Source: Azolla caroliniana
Taxonomy: Eukaryota > Plantae > Polypodiophyta
Assembly (NCBI GenBank): GCA_043228905.1
Contig: JBHGNT010000012.1
Coordinates: 5,704,001 to 5,768,000 of the forward strand
Length of the DNA stretch: 64,000 nt
Reading direction: 5' to 3'
Made by a program: the position numbers and the translations under genes. The notes under the pieces were generated by a model that did not search any database, was not told where the DNA came from, and saw only the letters and a program-made list of their open reading frames with translations. Shown here in pieces: positions 48,490-61,738 of the stretch. Numbering within the stretch: position 1 is the first letter of the stretch; each line of letters starts with the position of its first letter.

Positions 48490-49877
48490 GGAACATATTT
48501 AGCACATAGTGTCTTTGTGAGAGCAATATGCCATCGGGGGTCCGGATCACCTCGATCCCCAGAAAATAATGAAGGTCCCCCAGGTCCTTCATTTCAAATG
48601 TGTCTGACAGCTGGGACTTCACTCGACCGATTTCATTGAGTCCGGGTCTGGTGATGACTAAATCATCGACATAAAGCAAGATGCAAACCGGACCATCCGG
48701 ATGAACAATGAAGAGTTGGACTTAGAGGCCACAAACCCTTTCTTAACAACCGGTGCGTGATCTTCACATTCCCAGCTCGGGGGGATTGTTTCAGACCGTA
48801 AAGCGACTCCTTGAGTCGACACACTGCCGACTTGTTCATCTCTGATTGGAAACTGAGGGGTTGGATCATATAGACCCATTCTTCAAGATCACCTTGAAGA
48901 AATGCATTCTTCACGTCCTTTTGGTGAAGATGACATCCCCTTGCCACAGCAACAGCTAGTACCACACGAACCGTCATCATCTTCGCTACCGGAGCGAAGG
49001 TCTTGTCATAGTCGATTTCGTGGGTCTGTGCGTATCCCTTTGCCACTAACCGGGTCTTGTACCGGTTGACCGAACCATCGATGTTGTACTTTACCTTGTA
49101 CACCCATTTGCAACCGATCAGTTTACAGTGTCGGGGAGGGTCAACCAGGTCCCAAGTGTCGTTGGCATCTAGTGCCCGCATTTCTTCCTCCATAGCAGCA
49201 CGCCAATTTGCGTCTTTTGTTGCTTCTGCGTAGCTCTTTGGCTCACACACTTCCGCCACCTTAGTCATGTACGCATAGTGATGCACCATGTAGTCATTGT
49301 ATCCGTACCTCTGGACGGGGTTCTTCTAGCTGATTGAGCGGCGTAACTTTCTGTTAGTCGGTTTGAGGCCCTTCTTGGCCGGTTCGGACTTCCTTTTTGA
49401 AGATCCACCTTCTTCCTTTCTAGGGTCAGATCCTCTACGATCTGACCCTTCACTGCCGGTGTCATATTTTGACATCTTCTTCTTCCCAACGTCTCTTTGC
49501 GCGTGAACCATCTCCTTGGTTCCTTGCGCGGGGAGAGCACGCCTAAGTCTCCACTACTCGCCGGTTCTTCATCTAACTAGTCATCCCGACTCAGCCGCTC
49601 ATTCTGTCCACTTAGCCGGAATGAGATCGGACTCTCTTCTAGAGTGTCGAAGCCTTCATCTTCTTCTTGAACCTCCTCGGGCTCACTAGCCTCATCTTCC
49701 GGAATCGGGTCTTCGTTGGGAGTTGGAGTCGATAGGGAGTACCATGATGCCGACTCATCAAACTCGACATCTCGACTTACTCATACCTATTTAGTCCGGG
49801 GGTTATAGCACTTATACCCCTTTTGCTCATACGAGTAACCGACTAGGATGCACTTCTCCGACTTCGAATCTAGCTTC

Positions 49878-52800
49878 TGTTGGGAAATTAGTCCCTCCGG
49901 ATGGGATCTAGTGATTAATGAGGAAGAACCAGTGAGAACCAGAAGAGAGCCGGAAACCAGAAGAGAGCCGGTGAGAACCAAAAGAGAGACATATCTGCAA
50001 ATATGTTTCTTGAGTAAGCCTATTGAGGCTATATTTGTAAATAGCCCTAAGTTCATATATGTATAAATATGACTTAGGGCAATCATTTTGTGTGAGGTTT
50101 TTGGTTGTTGTTGTAACTATTGTACAAAGAACAGAGAGTGGGAGAGACAAATACAAAGTTATACTCTGTTGTAACTACCGCATGGTGAAGAAACCGAGCT
50201 CGAGGTCGTTGCCTACGAGTCTCTGATTGTACTTGTTCTCTTCATAGTGATAGTTCGGAGCCTATGGGCTCCCGTGGTTTTTCCCATTTAGGTTTTTCCA
50301 CGTAAACATCTTGTGTTTCACTCTTTAGTTCCCATTTCTGTGTTCTCCATTCTCATAGAAGTGTTCAAGGCTCGGTTGTGGCCGAGCAATATTCCGCACT
50401 ATTCTCAACAACTGGTATCAGAGCAAACAACATTGAAAATGGAAGAATCATTCGGCGGCATGTTCAAGCTCACTAGCTCCACCTACTCAGTGTGGAAGTC
50501 GAAGATGAGGGATATGTTGGTGGTCAAAGATCTTTGGTTTCCGGTTCAGTTCGAGGACAAGAAACCAGATAAGATCGACACCACCGTGTGGGAGGTGATG
50601 CACATGAAGACGACGGCATACATCCGGTGCTTCATCGACATGAGCCTGTACAACAACTTCAATGAAGAGAGCAAGGTTCATGAACTCTAGGAGAAGATAG
50701 GCATCATGTTCCAGGACAAGAATGTCGTTAATCGGGTTTCGGTATTCCAGAAGCTAGTGTGGCCCCGGTACCAGGATGGCTCCAGTATGGCGGAGCACAT
50801 GAATGCCTTCCAGGGGCTAATACACCAAGCAACCTCGTTGGAAGTACCTCTCGCCAATGAGGTACTCGCATTGCTCCTGCTCGGTTCCCTCCCGGATAGT
50901 TGGGAGACATTAGTTGTCTCGTTGGGCAACACTAGGCCGGAAGGAAAAGAGTTGTCCCTAGCAAAGGTAAAATCAAGCTTGCTAGATGAAGAAGCTCGCC
51001 GGAAGGACCGAGAGTAACCGATCCAAAGGCCTTGGTAACGGAAGATGACCACAATTGGGGAAGAGGCCGGTATCGGAGACCCCAAAACTGGGACAAGTCG
51101 GGCATGAGATCGAAGTCAAGGGGGAGGCCTAATTGCTTCTACTGTGGGAAGCTGGGACACTTCCAGAAGAACTGTTGGCATTTCCGGAAAGAGAAAGAAA
51201 CCGGCACCACCAATTCGAAGAAGAGTTTGGACCGAAACAGTTCGGACCAGAGAGGCCCGGATTGGAAAGGAACGTCGGCGATCGCGACAAGTGAAGAGGA
51301 ACTGATGCTCATTACTGAGGAGAATGAGTTAAACCTTGTCGGCGACGAGACAACATGGGTTGTCGATTTCGGAGCATTGTTCCGCCTGACACCGGACCGG
51401 AGATGCTTCTCATCCTACACATCCGGTGATCATGGTTGTGTACAGATGGGGAATGAGGGTACATGCCGAATTGTCAGCATAGGAGAAGTATTGTTGGCGA
51501 CGTCATCCAGATGCAAGTTGCTGCTGAAGGATGTCTGACATGTTCTAGAGGTTCAACTGAACCTGATATCAACCGATCGGCTAGATGATGAAGGCTACAT
51601 GGGTAGCATCCGGAATGGAGTCATGAAGTTCAACAAAGGGAGCCTAATAGTGGTTCAAGCCCAAAAGATCAACACATTGTACTTGATGAATGCCCAGATA
51701 TGCCGGGAAGAAGTGAACGTAGCATCCGACACTGTCGGTGAGATGTGGCACAAAAGACTGTGTCACATGAGTGAGAACTTAGAAGGGGATGAAGAGGCTT
51801 GCCGAAGACAACCTCATTCCAGTGAAGGATGTGCAACTTGAGAAGTGCACTGATTGCTTGGCCGGCAAGCAAAACCGAACCTCCTTCCGGTCAAGACCAC
51901 CGATGAGATGAAATGCACCACTGGAGCTGGTGCATACCGATGTGTGTCAAGTGGACACGAAGTCAGATGCCGGATCACAGTACTTCGTGACGTTCATAGT
52001 CGACCACAACCAGAAGCTATGGGTCTCGCCGTTGAAGACAAAGGATCATGTGCTATCCATCTTCAAGGAGCTCCACGCGAGAGTGGAAAGAGAAACCGGT
52101 CGGAAGCTGAAGGCGGTTCGAGCAGATAACGAAGGAGAATATTGGGGGGCAGTTCGAGGAGTACTACCGATCGATGCATATTCCTTGCATACGGCGATGA
52201 TGAGTTCGGTTACCGGGTGTGGGATCTGGTCGACAAGAAGGTGTTCCAGAGTCAGGACATAGTCTTCATGGAAGACAAGACCATTGCTAACTGGGAGTCG
52301 GAGAAGAAGATGATCAACTCCGGATCATCCAATGAAAACCGGTTTGAGGACACAAGGAGCTACCTAGTTGAAAACCAGATGTTGGCCGATAACCGGATGA
52401 CACTCGACGAATCGGCCGGATACGGATAGGAAACCGAACTGACCAAAGAAGAAGAAGAAGAAGAAGAAACCTGAACCGGACAAGATCCTAAATCGGATGA
52501 GGATGAGGAACAAATGGAGGAACCAGTAGTCAGAAGACAAGGATGGAGATACCCTCTCCGAGAGAGAAGAGCCCCCCGGAGATTTCCAGATGTAGAGCAT
52601 GTGTTGCTAACCGATGAGTGGAAGCCGGAAAGCTTCGAAGATGCAAAGAGAGACACCCACTGCCGCAAGTGGTTGAGTGCCATGCAAGACGAGATGGATT
52701 CCCTGCATGAGAACCAAACATACGAACTAACGGAGTTGCCAAAAGGGAAGAGAGCACTCCGGAACAAGTGGGTGTACAACTTGAAACTGGGAGATGCCGG

Positions 52801-55405
52801 AAATCCGCCCAGGTATAAGGCCAGAATCGTGGTAAAAGGCTTCCAGCTGAAGAAAGGAGTGGATTTCGATGAGATCTTTGCTCCGGTAGTAAAGATGACA
52901 TCCATCCGAACAGTATTGGGCATAGCGGCAAGCATGGACCTCGAGGTAGAGCATCTAGACGTCAAGACGGCATTCCTACATGGCGACCTCGAAGAAGAAA
53001 TCTACATGCATCAACCGGAAGGATTTGAGAAGAAAGGGAAGGAGCACCTAGTGTGCCGGCTGAAGAAAAGCCTATACGGACTGAAGCAAGCTCCCCGGCA
53101 ATGGTACCGGAAGTTCTACTCCTTCATGACCGACCAAGGGTACCACAAAACGCAAGCCGATCACTGCGTGTTTGTGAAGAAATTTGACAAAGCATATTTC
53201 TTGATACTCCTCTATGTGGATGATATGTTGATCGTCGGACGAGACCAAGGTAAGATCCGGATGCTAAAGAAGGCTCTGAACTAAACTTTCTCAATGAAAG
53301 ACTTGGGTTCGGCAAGACAGATATTGGGTATGCACATCATCCGGGATCGGTTGAAGAAGTTGTTTTGGTTGTCACAAGAGAAGTACATGACAAAGGTGAA
53401 AGAAATACACGCTCCCGATGAACAACTCTCGGCCACAACCGAGCCTAGAATCAAACACAAAAAACGGGTAATGAACGCACGACATGGTGAAGAGAGGAGT
53501 ACACAGGATGTTAACGTGGAAAACCCAAACTAGGGAAAAACCACGGCAGCCCACAGACTACAAACTATCACTATATCACAATGTACAACAGTAAAGCACC
53601 GAGGCAACGACCTCGAGCTTGCTATCTTCGCCACAGGCAGCGGTTACAACAGAGGCAGCGACCTCTTCCTCTCTCTCTCTCTCTCTCTCTCTATACACAG
53701 TTACGCGCTCAAATCTTGCACCAACAAGAATGACAACACCTATCTACTAAGTTTGCCCTAAGTCATATTTATACTAATATGACTTTTTGGCTATTTACAA
53801 ATATAGCCCCAAAGGGCTCTCAGAAACATATTTACGAATATATCCCTTCATTCGGTGAGCACTCCTCACCGGGCCTGCATCATCCGGATCTTGCCGTGCA
53901 CTCGTTATCCGGTTCTCACCGGGCCTTCACTATCCGGCTCTTGCCGGGTACTCGTCATCCGGTTCTCACCGGGTCTTTCGTTGTCGGGTCCTCCACATCC
54001 GGTCTCAGCCTCGACCGAGTTTGCTCATCAACACTGTTCTTCTCACTTCCCATCCGGAGGGACCTGTTTCCTAACAGAAGGTGCTTCAACAGTTCAACAT
54101 GTCGAATGCGAAACCGGTCGGATCGACACTTCCGGCAAACTGCAAGCTATCCAGAAAGTAGAGCCCGAGGACAAAGACAGAAAAGGTAGATATGATGAAG
54201 ATACCATATGCCTCTGTCGTCGGGAGCTTGATGTACGCAATGGTGTGTACCCGGCCGGATATCGGATATGCAGTCGGAGTGGTGAGCCAGTTCATGAGCA
54301 ATCTCGGAAGAGAGCACTGGAACGCGGTCAAGTGGATACTCTGGTATTTGAAAGGCACCTCGAGTATGTGCCTCCGGTTCAGCTCTAGTAATCCCCAACT
54401 TGACGGATTCACGGATTCAGATATGTCGGCTGATGCGGATACCAACCGGTCTACATCCGGATATGTCATGATTTATGCAGGGGGAGCTGTTTCGTGGCAG
54501 TCGAGGCTCTAGAAGACGGTTGCATTGTCAACCACGGAGGCAAAGTACATGGCAGCTATAGAAGCCAGCAAGGAGATAATCTGGATGAAGGACTTCATCA
54601 GAGAGCTAGAAATCCATCAGGTGGAATACTGGCTCTACTACGACAGTCAAAGTGCCATCCACCTTGCAAAGAACGTGGCATATCATTCCCGGATGAAACA
54701 TATCCCACAGAGGTACCATTGGATGCGAGAGAGAGTAAAAGATCAAGAGTTCGTGTTGACGAAGATCCACACGGAGGAGAACGGGTCAGACATGTTGACC
54801 AAGGTCCTGACAACTGACAAGTTGGACGCGTGCCGAAAGCGGATCAGGCTGACAAGACATCCCATGCCGGAGTGAAGGGGGAGATTGTTGGGAAATCAAT
54901 CCCTCCTGATGGGATCCGGTGATGAATGAAGAAGACCCGGTGAGAACCAGAAGAGAGCCGGTGAGAACCAAAAGGGAGACATATCTGCAAATATGTTTCT
55001 TGAGTAAGCCTATTGAGGCTATATTTGTAAATAGCCCTAAGTTCATATAAGTATAAATATGACTTAAGGCAATCACTTTGTGTGAGTTTTTTGGTTGTTG
55101 TTGTAACTATTGTACAGAGAGAACGATAGAGAGAGGGGGAGAGAGATACAGATCTATACTCTGTTGTAACCGCCGCTTGGCGAAGAAACCGAGCTCGAGG
55201 TCGTTGCCTACGAGTCTCTGATTGTACCCCTTCTCTTCATAGTGATAGTTTGGAGTCTGTGGGCTCCCTTGTTCTTTCCCATTTAGGGTTTTCCACGTAA
55301 ACATCTTGTGTTTCACTCTTTAGTTCCCATTTCTGTGTTCTCCATTCTCATAGAAGTGTTCAAGGCTCAGTTGTGGTCGAGCAATATTCCGCGCTATTCT
55401 CAACA
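49878..55405 (+). mobile_element. Ty1/copia element F (Tnt1/Tork-like, degenerate), nested in the integrase of E
   Basis: LTRs 49878-50410 and 54886-55405, TSD GCTTC at 49873-49877 / 55406-55410, PBS 50413-50424, PPT gaagggggagat. Stops, frameshifts and an integrase deletion near 52165. Confidence 0.92.
53397..54076 (-). mobile_element. Solo LTR G (related to F LTRs), antisense in the RT of F
   Basis: TG...CA ends. TSD AAAGG/GAAGG (1 mismatch). Removing it restores YMTKVLQQFNM. Shares gtccctccggatggga, gctcgaggtcgttgcct and gacttagggcaa motifs with the F LTR. Confidence 0.85.
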
Positions 55406-58135
55406 GCTTCTTCCGCTTCTCATCCGTTACATGCACATATGCTATGCTACTGAATATCCGTAGGTGTCTCAAATTCGGCTTCCGCCCGAAATACAACTCA
55501 TGTGCTGACACCTCATCCCCGATCCGGTTTTGGATGTAGACGGTCGTCTGAATCGCCTCAGCAGTAGAATTGGAGCATGCTCTTCCCCTCCAGCATTGCC
55601 CTTGCTACGTCGACAATTGACTAGTTTTTCCTTTCGGCCACACCGTTTTGCTCCGGTGTGTATTTGCAGCTGAATTTTCTCTTAATTCCATTATGTTGCA
55701 GATAACTATTGAATTGGCCGGAAAAGTATTATTTTCCGCCATCTGATCGCATGCACTTTATCTTCCTCTCCATTTCCCTTTCGACTAAGCTTTGAAGGTT
55801 CCGGAAACAGTCGAAGACTTCGCTTTTCTTCTCGATGAGGTATATCCACGTGTGTCGACTATAGTCGTCGATGAAGGAGACGAAATACCCACTCCCGCCA
55901 AGACTAACGTTCTGTGTCGGTCCCCATACATCCAAATGTATTAGATCGAGCTTGTTACAGCTCCGATTTCATTCGGTGGGGAATGGAAGCCGGTGTTCCT
56001 TCCCGAGATGGTAGCCTTCACAAACGTGGGCCTTCCGGCCACTAAATTTCGGCAAACCGAACACAACCTGTTTCAATTGCAGGACCTGAAACCTCTGATA
56101 ATTGACATGGCAAATCCGCTTGTGCTAGAGATCTATGTCTGATTCAATCTTCTGTCCTTTCGCAAACATGGTGGTGCCAACATCATTAGGGTCTAGGATG
56201 AACATAATCCCTTCTCTGCGCCCTTGCGCAATTATCCGACCTTCTTCCTCAATGAAGCACCCGAGGTGCGTAAACCGCACCTGCATCCCCTGGTCGACGA
56301 TTTGTCCAACCGACACCAGGTTCTTTGTGATAGTTGGAATGTGTAGTATGTTCATCAACTTCCCCTTTTGTCCGACATGGCTTAAGGGGACTTCTCCGAC
56401 ATGCACAATCGGGTGAGGGGTGTCGTCTCCGATTTTGACAATCCCCGGTTGTTCCGGTTTCTCCAAAAAAGAGAACCACTCTTCATGGCTCATCATATGG
56501 TTGGACGCTCTAGAATCAACGTACCATACTTCCTCCGATTTAGAAGTAGTTTTCTTCATCGAGTTAGCCTTGTGCTTCATCACGAAGATTGACCCTTTGC
56601 TGGTCTTCCTGGTTCCAGATCCTTTCGATCCTTCTACATAGTGCGAGCTTTGTCGATTTCCCTGTCCGGTATTGCCGGATCTGGATTTATCAGAATCGGC
56701 GTGCTTCTTCCAGCATTCGCTTTCTCTGTGGCCTTTCTTGCCATAGTACCAACATTCCGTGTCGGCCTTTCTTGCCACAGTACCAACATTCCATGTCGGC
56801 CTTTCCTTGCCGGTTTCCGGCACTGGTATGACTCCCCCTGCTTGTGGAGGGTCCGGAACTGCTGTCGGCACTGTCTTTATGCCTTCGGTTCTGCTCTTGC
56901 CGGCCGCCTCCATTGCGTGCCGACCCACCTCATCCTCCACGCCCAGGAGATCGATCCGCCTCCGTGTACAGCATCCGGCTGTCCGATTGAGTGGTCCTCG
57001 ACCAATTCGCGTGGTTATCTTCGACCATCAACATTGATTGTAAGTCGAAGAAGGATGGTGGCTTCTCCCGGGTGCAAATTGTCGTCCGGATTGGCCCGTA
57101 TCGTTGTGCTAGACCACCAAGACAGATTTGGACCATCTCGTCTTCGTCCACCATCACATTGACGGACCCGAGCGCGTCACAAATCTCCTTTATCTTATTG
57201 GTGTAGTCTGTAACCGACATATCTCTTTGTCGAATGTTGTTCACCTCTTGTCGGAGCTGTGACTTACGGGTTGTGATACTTGCGGCAAAAATCTTCCGAA
57301 GGTTTTCCCAAACCGCCTTTGGCAGTTTTGCATCCTTGATGTAGCCGAGCATCTGATCATGCACATCTGACGCGAGGCAGTACAATACTCGGCTTGCTCC
57401 TTGCTCCCATGCTGGGAAGTCTTTGTGTGACGGCTCCGGTGCTACCTTGTTGGCTTCTTCCACACAACTCCAATATCCATGCCCCAGCAAGTACTGGTGC
57501 ATTTTATATGACCAGGATGCATAGTTGCTCCGGTCGAGCTTTTCCGTCGGAAGTGAACTTGTCATTCCTCTGTCCATCTTAGGTTCTCTTTTGTTCTTCA
57601 CCGAGTGTTAGGGTTTGTCTTCACTAGTTGCTCGTCGACTGCAGAGGTTCTCAACCCTCGCGCTCTGATACCATGTGAAAGTTAGCGTGCTGAAGCTTAT
57701 TCCAAACCAGTTGTGCCGGATAGTAGCAGTAAAGAGAAGAAGGTTGAATGGAAGCTTAACACAGATAATAAGCATACACAGGAGAGACAGAGAGAGAGAA
57801 AGAGAGAAGAACATAAAACTCTATTCAAAATAATACTCTCAATATTCTGTACATTGAATGTGCTCAGAGAGCACTTTTATACAAGTCCATAAAGAACTGA
57901 CAAAAGTAATGACAAGTACTTCAATGCTCACATGAGCGACTATCACTAACTCCCAAAAAAATGCCTATGTACTAGGGTGGATCCATAGGCCTCTAACGGC
58001 CTACCGGTGTCAATCCGATCCGGGTCTCCAATCCGGCTCCTGGTTCCAGATATCATCCAGACACCGATCCTGTTCTCCGATCCGGCTCTAGCTTGTGCAC
58101 CCGATCCGTATCTGGTTGAGCTTGCTCGCTCAACA

Positions 58136-59292
58136 TGAGTTAATGAAGAGAGAGGGTGACCTTATATAAAGCACTCTCCTCCTACTTCATAGGGTGTCGG
58201 TTGTGACTCTTTGTAATGCTACATTTTTGTATCTCATATTCTCCTTGTGAATATACACCTTCTTCTTGAGTATTCTATCTAATCTATCTTGTGTTTTCTC
58301 TTCTCTCCTCTCTTTCCTCTCACACATACACATAACACACATCTCTTCCATTGCACAAGAATTATGTCTGATTCTTTACATGGTATCCCAGCAGTTTGGT
58401 AGCTCGATCTAGCCCATCCGCGCGTTTTGTGTTCTACGCCGATGTTCGAGAAGAATCAGTCCATCGCTATCGTATTGCCACTACATACCTCGTGTTCGAG
58501 AGAGAAGGAAAAGAAGAAAGAAAAATTCATCGATATAATGAATACTCAATTGGGGAGTGGTCTCCCTAGCAAGAAGTTGGATAGAAACAACTTCATCTTG
58601 GGAGTACAAGATGCACCAATACCTTGTTGGCCAAGGCTATTGGAGCTACATCAAAGGAGCACAATAAAATTGACCCAACCCAACAACTCCCGAATACTCA
58701 ACATGGGAGCAAGCCGCAAGCCGAGTGATGTATTGCTTAGTGACATGTGTTCATGATCACATGCTCGGCTACATTCAAGAAGCCGAGACGTCGAAGGAAG
58801 CATGGGAGAATCTACGAAAGATTTTCGTGGCCAACACAATTGCAATACAACTTCAACTCCGCCAAGAGTTGAATAATATCGAACAAAGGGATATGTCCAT
58901 CACAAGGTACACCTTGAAGATCAAGGAGCTTTGTGACTCGATCGGCTCAATAACCGTCAATGTGGATGATGATGAGATGGTGCAAATATGCCTCGGCAGC
59001 CTTGCACCACGGTTCAGCACGATGAGGACCTTCGTACTAGCACGGGAGAATCCTCCCTCTTTCTTCGATCTTCAATCCATGTTGTTGGTTGAAGAAAACC
59101 ATGTTTGAACGGGAAGCAACGCCTCAAAAGGGCACATGCTCTACACACATTCGAACAGAGGAAGAGGACGCGGCCAAGCAAGAGGCCAATTCAGCCAAGG
59201 ATGAGGCGGACGAGGTCCGACTTACGAAAACAACTCCCAATTTCAGCAACAAGACGGAAGCCATCAAGGAACCTTCAGAAGAAGGGGGAGCT
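58136..59292 (+). mobile_element. Copia element H remnant (partial 5' LTR, PBS-like site, gag)
   Basis: LTR end ...tttaCA at 58380, then tggtatc. Gag LPSKKLDRNNF...DDDEMVQICLG...FFDLQSMLLVEENH. Cut by element I. Confidence 0.8.
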
Positions 59293-61378
59293 TGTTAATA
59301 ACATGGTCGTATTGTGTGGAACAAATCAACACTCTCCAAAGGTGAGGGTCATAAGTGGATGCAAGTAAGGTAGATCGATGGCATTAGAAACAGAAATAGA
59401 GAAAACAACACACAACAAAGCAACAGAGAGAGACGATTAGGCACAAGATGAACAATATTTCAACAACCTCAAAACTAAGTTACAAAGTCAGTTTATGTAG
59501 TGACTGACTCAGGGCAACTACCCTTCTCACTATTTACATAAATAGCCTAAACCTAGTGTGTACAAAAGGAGACAATGTGAATACGTTCATTAGAGACCCA
59601 CATTCAACACTCCCCCATAATGGGCGTATACATCGAAATTCTGTAAATCAAAATAAATGTACAATACATATTGATATAAGGTTTTCAAACAAATCTAAAT
59701 TTCGTTCGAGTCGGTGAACTTCGAAAAACTAAAGGCCGAACTGGCCAAAGTTGTGGAAGTTAAAGCCGAACTTCGAACTGTCGAAGTTGATTGTTCGAAA
59801 ACATCCTAAGTGTCCGACTTAATCAGACTGATTCTTCATTATGCCCATCTAGTGCCGAAGGGTTTAGGGTTTAGGCCTCTTTTGCCGCATCGGACGCAGC
59901 TACGTATTCAGCCTCGGTCGTTGATGTGGCAGTGCACTCCTGAAGTTTCGATTTCCACGAGATTGCTCCATTGCCGAACTTAAAGTAGTATCCGGTTGTC
60001 AATTTTTTACTGTCCACACAACCGGCAAAGTTTGCGTCAGTATAGCTGACTATGCCTGAACTGTCATTCGGACCGAATAGAATGCCAAGGTCTTTTGTGC
60101 ACACCAGATATCTGAACACATGCTTTACTACATTCTAGTGCGATCGGCCAGGGTTGTGCATGAATCTGTTGACGACTCCTACGGCATTAGCAATGTCAAG
60201 CCATATCACGACCATCGCGTACATCAAAGAGCCCATTGTCGGTGCATACTGTACCGACTTCATAATGTCCCCTTCCAAACCAGATGTCGAGCAGTCTCAC
60301 TGAGACAGCCGAAGGCTAATGGGGAGCGGGATTGAAGCAAGTTTAGCCGATTTCATGTTGAAGCGTTTGAGGACACGGGTAATATAGTCGGATTGGGACA
60401 AAAACAATTGTCTTTGCTTTTGATTCCAACTAATCTTCATACCGAGAATGTGTCTTGCCGGACCGATGTCCTTCATGGAAAACCTCAACCGCAGTTGTCG
60501 AACGAGTTCAGCAAGCTCTCCGGCTTGGCGACCGGAGATTAGCATGTCGTCCACGTGGATGATGAGGAAGATGGGTGACCCATCTGGAGTTGTTTTCATG
60601 AAGAGATAGTGGTGCTCACCGCTCTTCGAGAAGCCGACCGACTAAATGAAGTCATCGAACTTCTTATACCACTGTCGTGGTGCCTGTTTCAAGCAGTAAA
60701 GACTCTTCCTGAGTCGGCAGACTAGATGTTCTTGGCCGGGTGCGACGAAGCCTTTCGGCTGCTCCATATAAATTTCCTCCTCTAGATCACTGTGGAGGAA
60801 TGTCATTTGGACATCTAGCTGAATCAGCTCCAAATTCTCGGTTGCCATGACACCGAGCATAAAGCAGAGGGTTGTCATTTTCACCATTGGTGAAAACATT
60901 TCATCAAAATCGACGCTATATTCCTGTCAAAACCCTTTCGCTAATCTGGCCTTGAATTTTGGGGTGGTTGAATCGGCCGCCTCTTTAATTCTATAGACCC
61001 ATTTGCATGGAAGAGCACGTCGAATTTTTGGTAGCTCGACCAAGTCCCAAGTTTGGTTTGCTCGAATGGAGTTCATTTCGGACTCCATTGCCAAATGCCA
61101 GGTGGTCGAATCGGCAGATGCTGATGTTTCTTCGTATGACGTCGGTTCTCTGGCGTCCGTAAAGAAGATACCATGAGAGTATCTCTCTGGGGTTGCAACA
61201 ATCTCTCGGATCTTTGAGGTATGACTAGACCAGTCACATCAAGTGTCGTATTCAGATGGTCTGAAGCCGAAACATTCGGTTGTGCCGAGTCGGATGCTGT
61301 CGAGTCAGTACTAGAGGTTTCGGCTACCCGTGAAGCTGACCTTGTGTTGTGTGTTGGGCCTTCATGAAGGGTTGGCAC
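59293..61378 (-). mobile_element. Older relative (I) of copia family A-D: 3' LTR, PPT, partial RT/RNase H
   Basis: 3' LTR 59293-59609, PPT complement ctccccc at 59610-59616. The peptides TPDGSPIFLII.VDDMLISGR and FKFGNGAISWKSKLQEC match A-D. Many stops. Confidence 0.88.
59859..59875 (+). repeat. Interstitial plant telomere repeat AGGG-TTTAGGG-TTTAGG at a deletion junction
   Basis: Replaces ~260 bp of RNase H coding sequence that is present in copy C (26181-26440). Confidence 0.75.
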
Positions 61379-61738
61379 TGTTGTCCACCGGAATAGTAAT
61401 CGACGAACAGAAGCGCAGAAATATAGAATATAGTAAGAGCGTAAGAAATGCATGTAACAATTCACGCGGGAAGCGTGAACGGCTAAAAGACCCTGTGTAT
61501 ATAAATGGCAGAAAAACCTCTATAAGAGGTAGCGTATAATTTTGGTGCATAGAGCGTTATTCTATATGTGCATATATGTGATTTGATCTATTGTGTTCTT
61601 TGTTCTCTGTGGCGTATTGTAATCATAAGGGCATAGGCGTAAGTGCGGATACTAGTGCATTGTCTAAGGAGTTCGGTTGTAGTTGTCTCCCTTGTACACT
61701 ACTAGGATATGGGGAAGTATCCCACTACATATTACGGT
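61379..61738 (+). mobile_element. Probable truncated LTR of another retroelement
   Basis: Starts TGTTG exactly where element I homology stops, has TATATAAA at ~61498, and is cut by the CCCGGGG terminus. No TSD or CA end visible. Confidence 0.45.

Larger units (their letters stand above)
48490..58135 (-). mobile_element. Degenerate Ty1/copia element E, 3'-truncated, hosting element F
   Basis: 5' LTR 57674-58135 (TG...CA), PBS 57662-57673, gag EKLDRSNYASW, WYVDSRAS, DVWGP, KCILVGY, CKWVYKVK, YVDD. Ends inside RT. Confidence 0.88.

Noticed and set aside
47665-48639. Intact 324-aa ZNF862-like host gene
   Set aside because: The C-terminal ~50 aa derive from antisense copia RT, and the transposase lacks its remaining catalytic and dimerisation regions.
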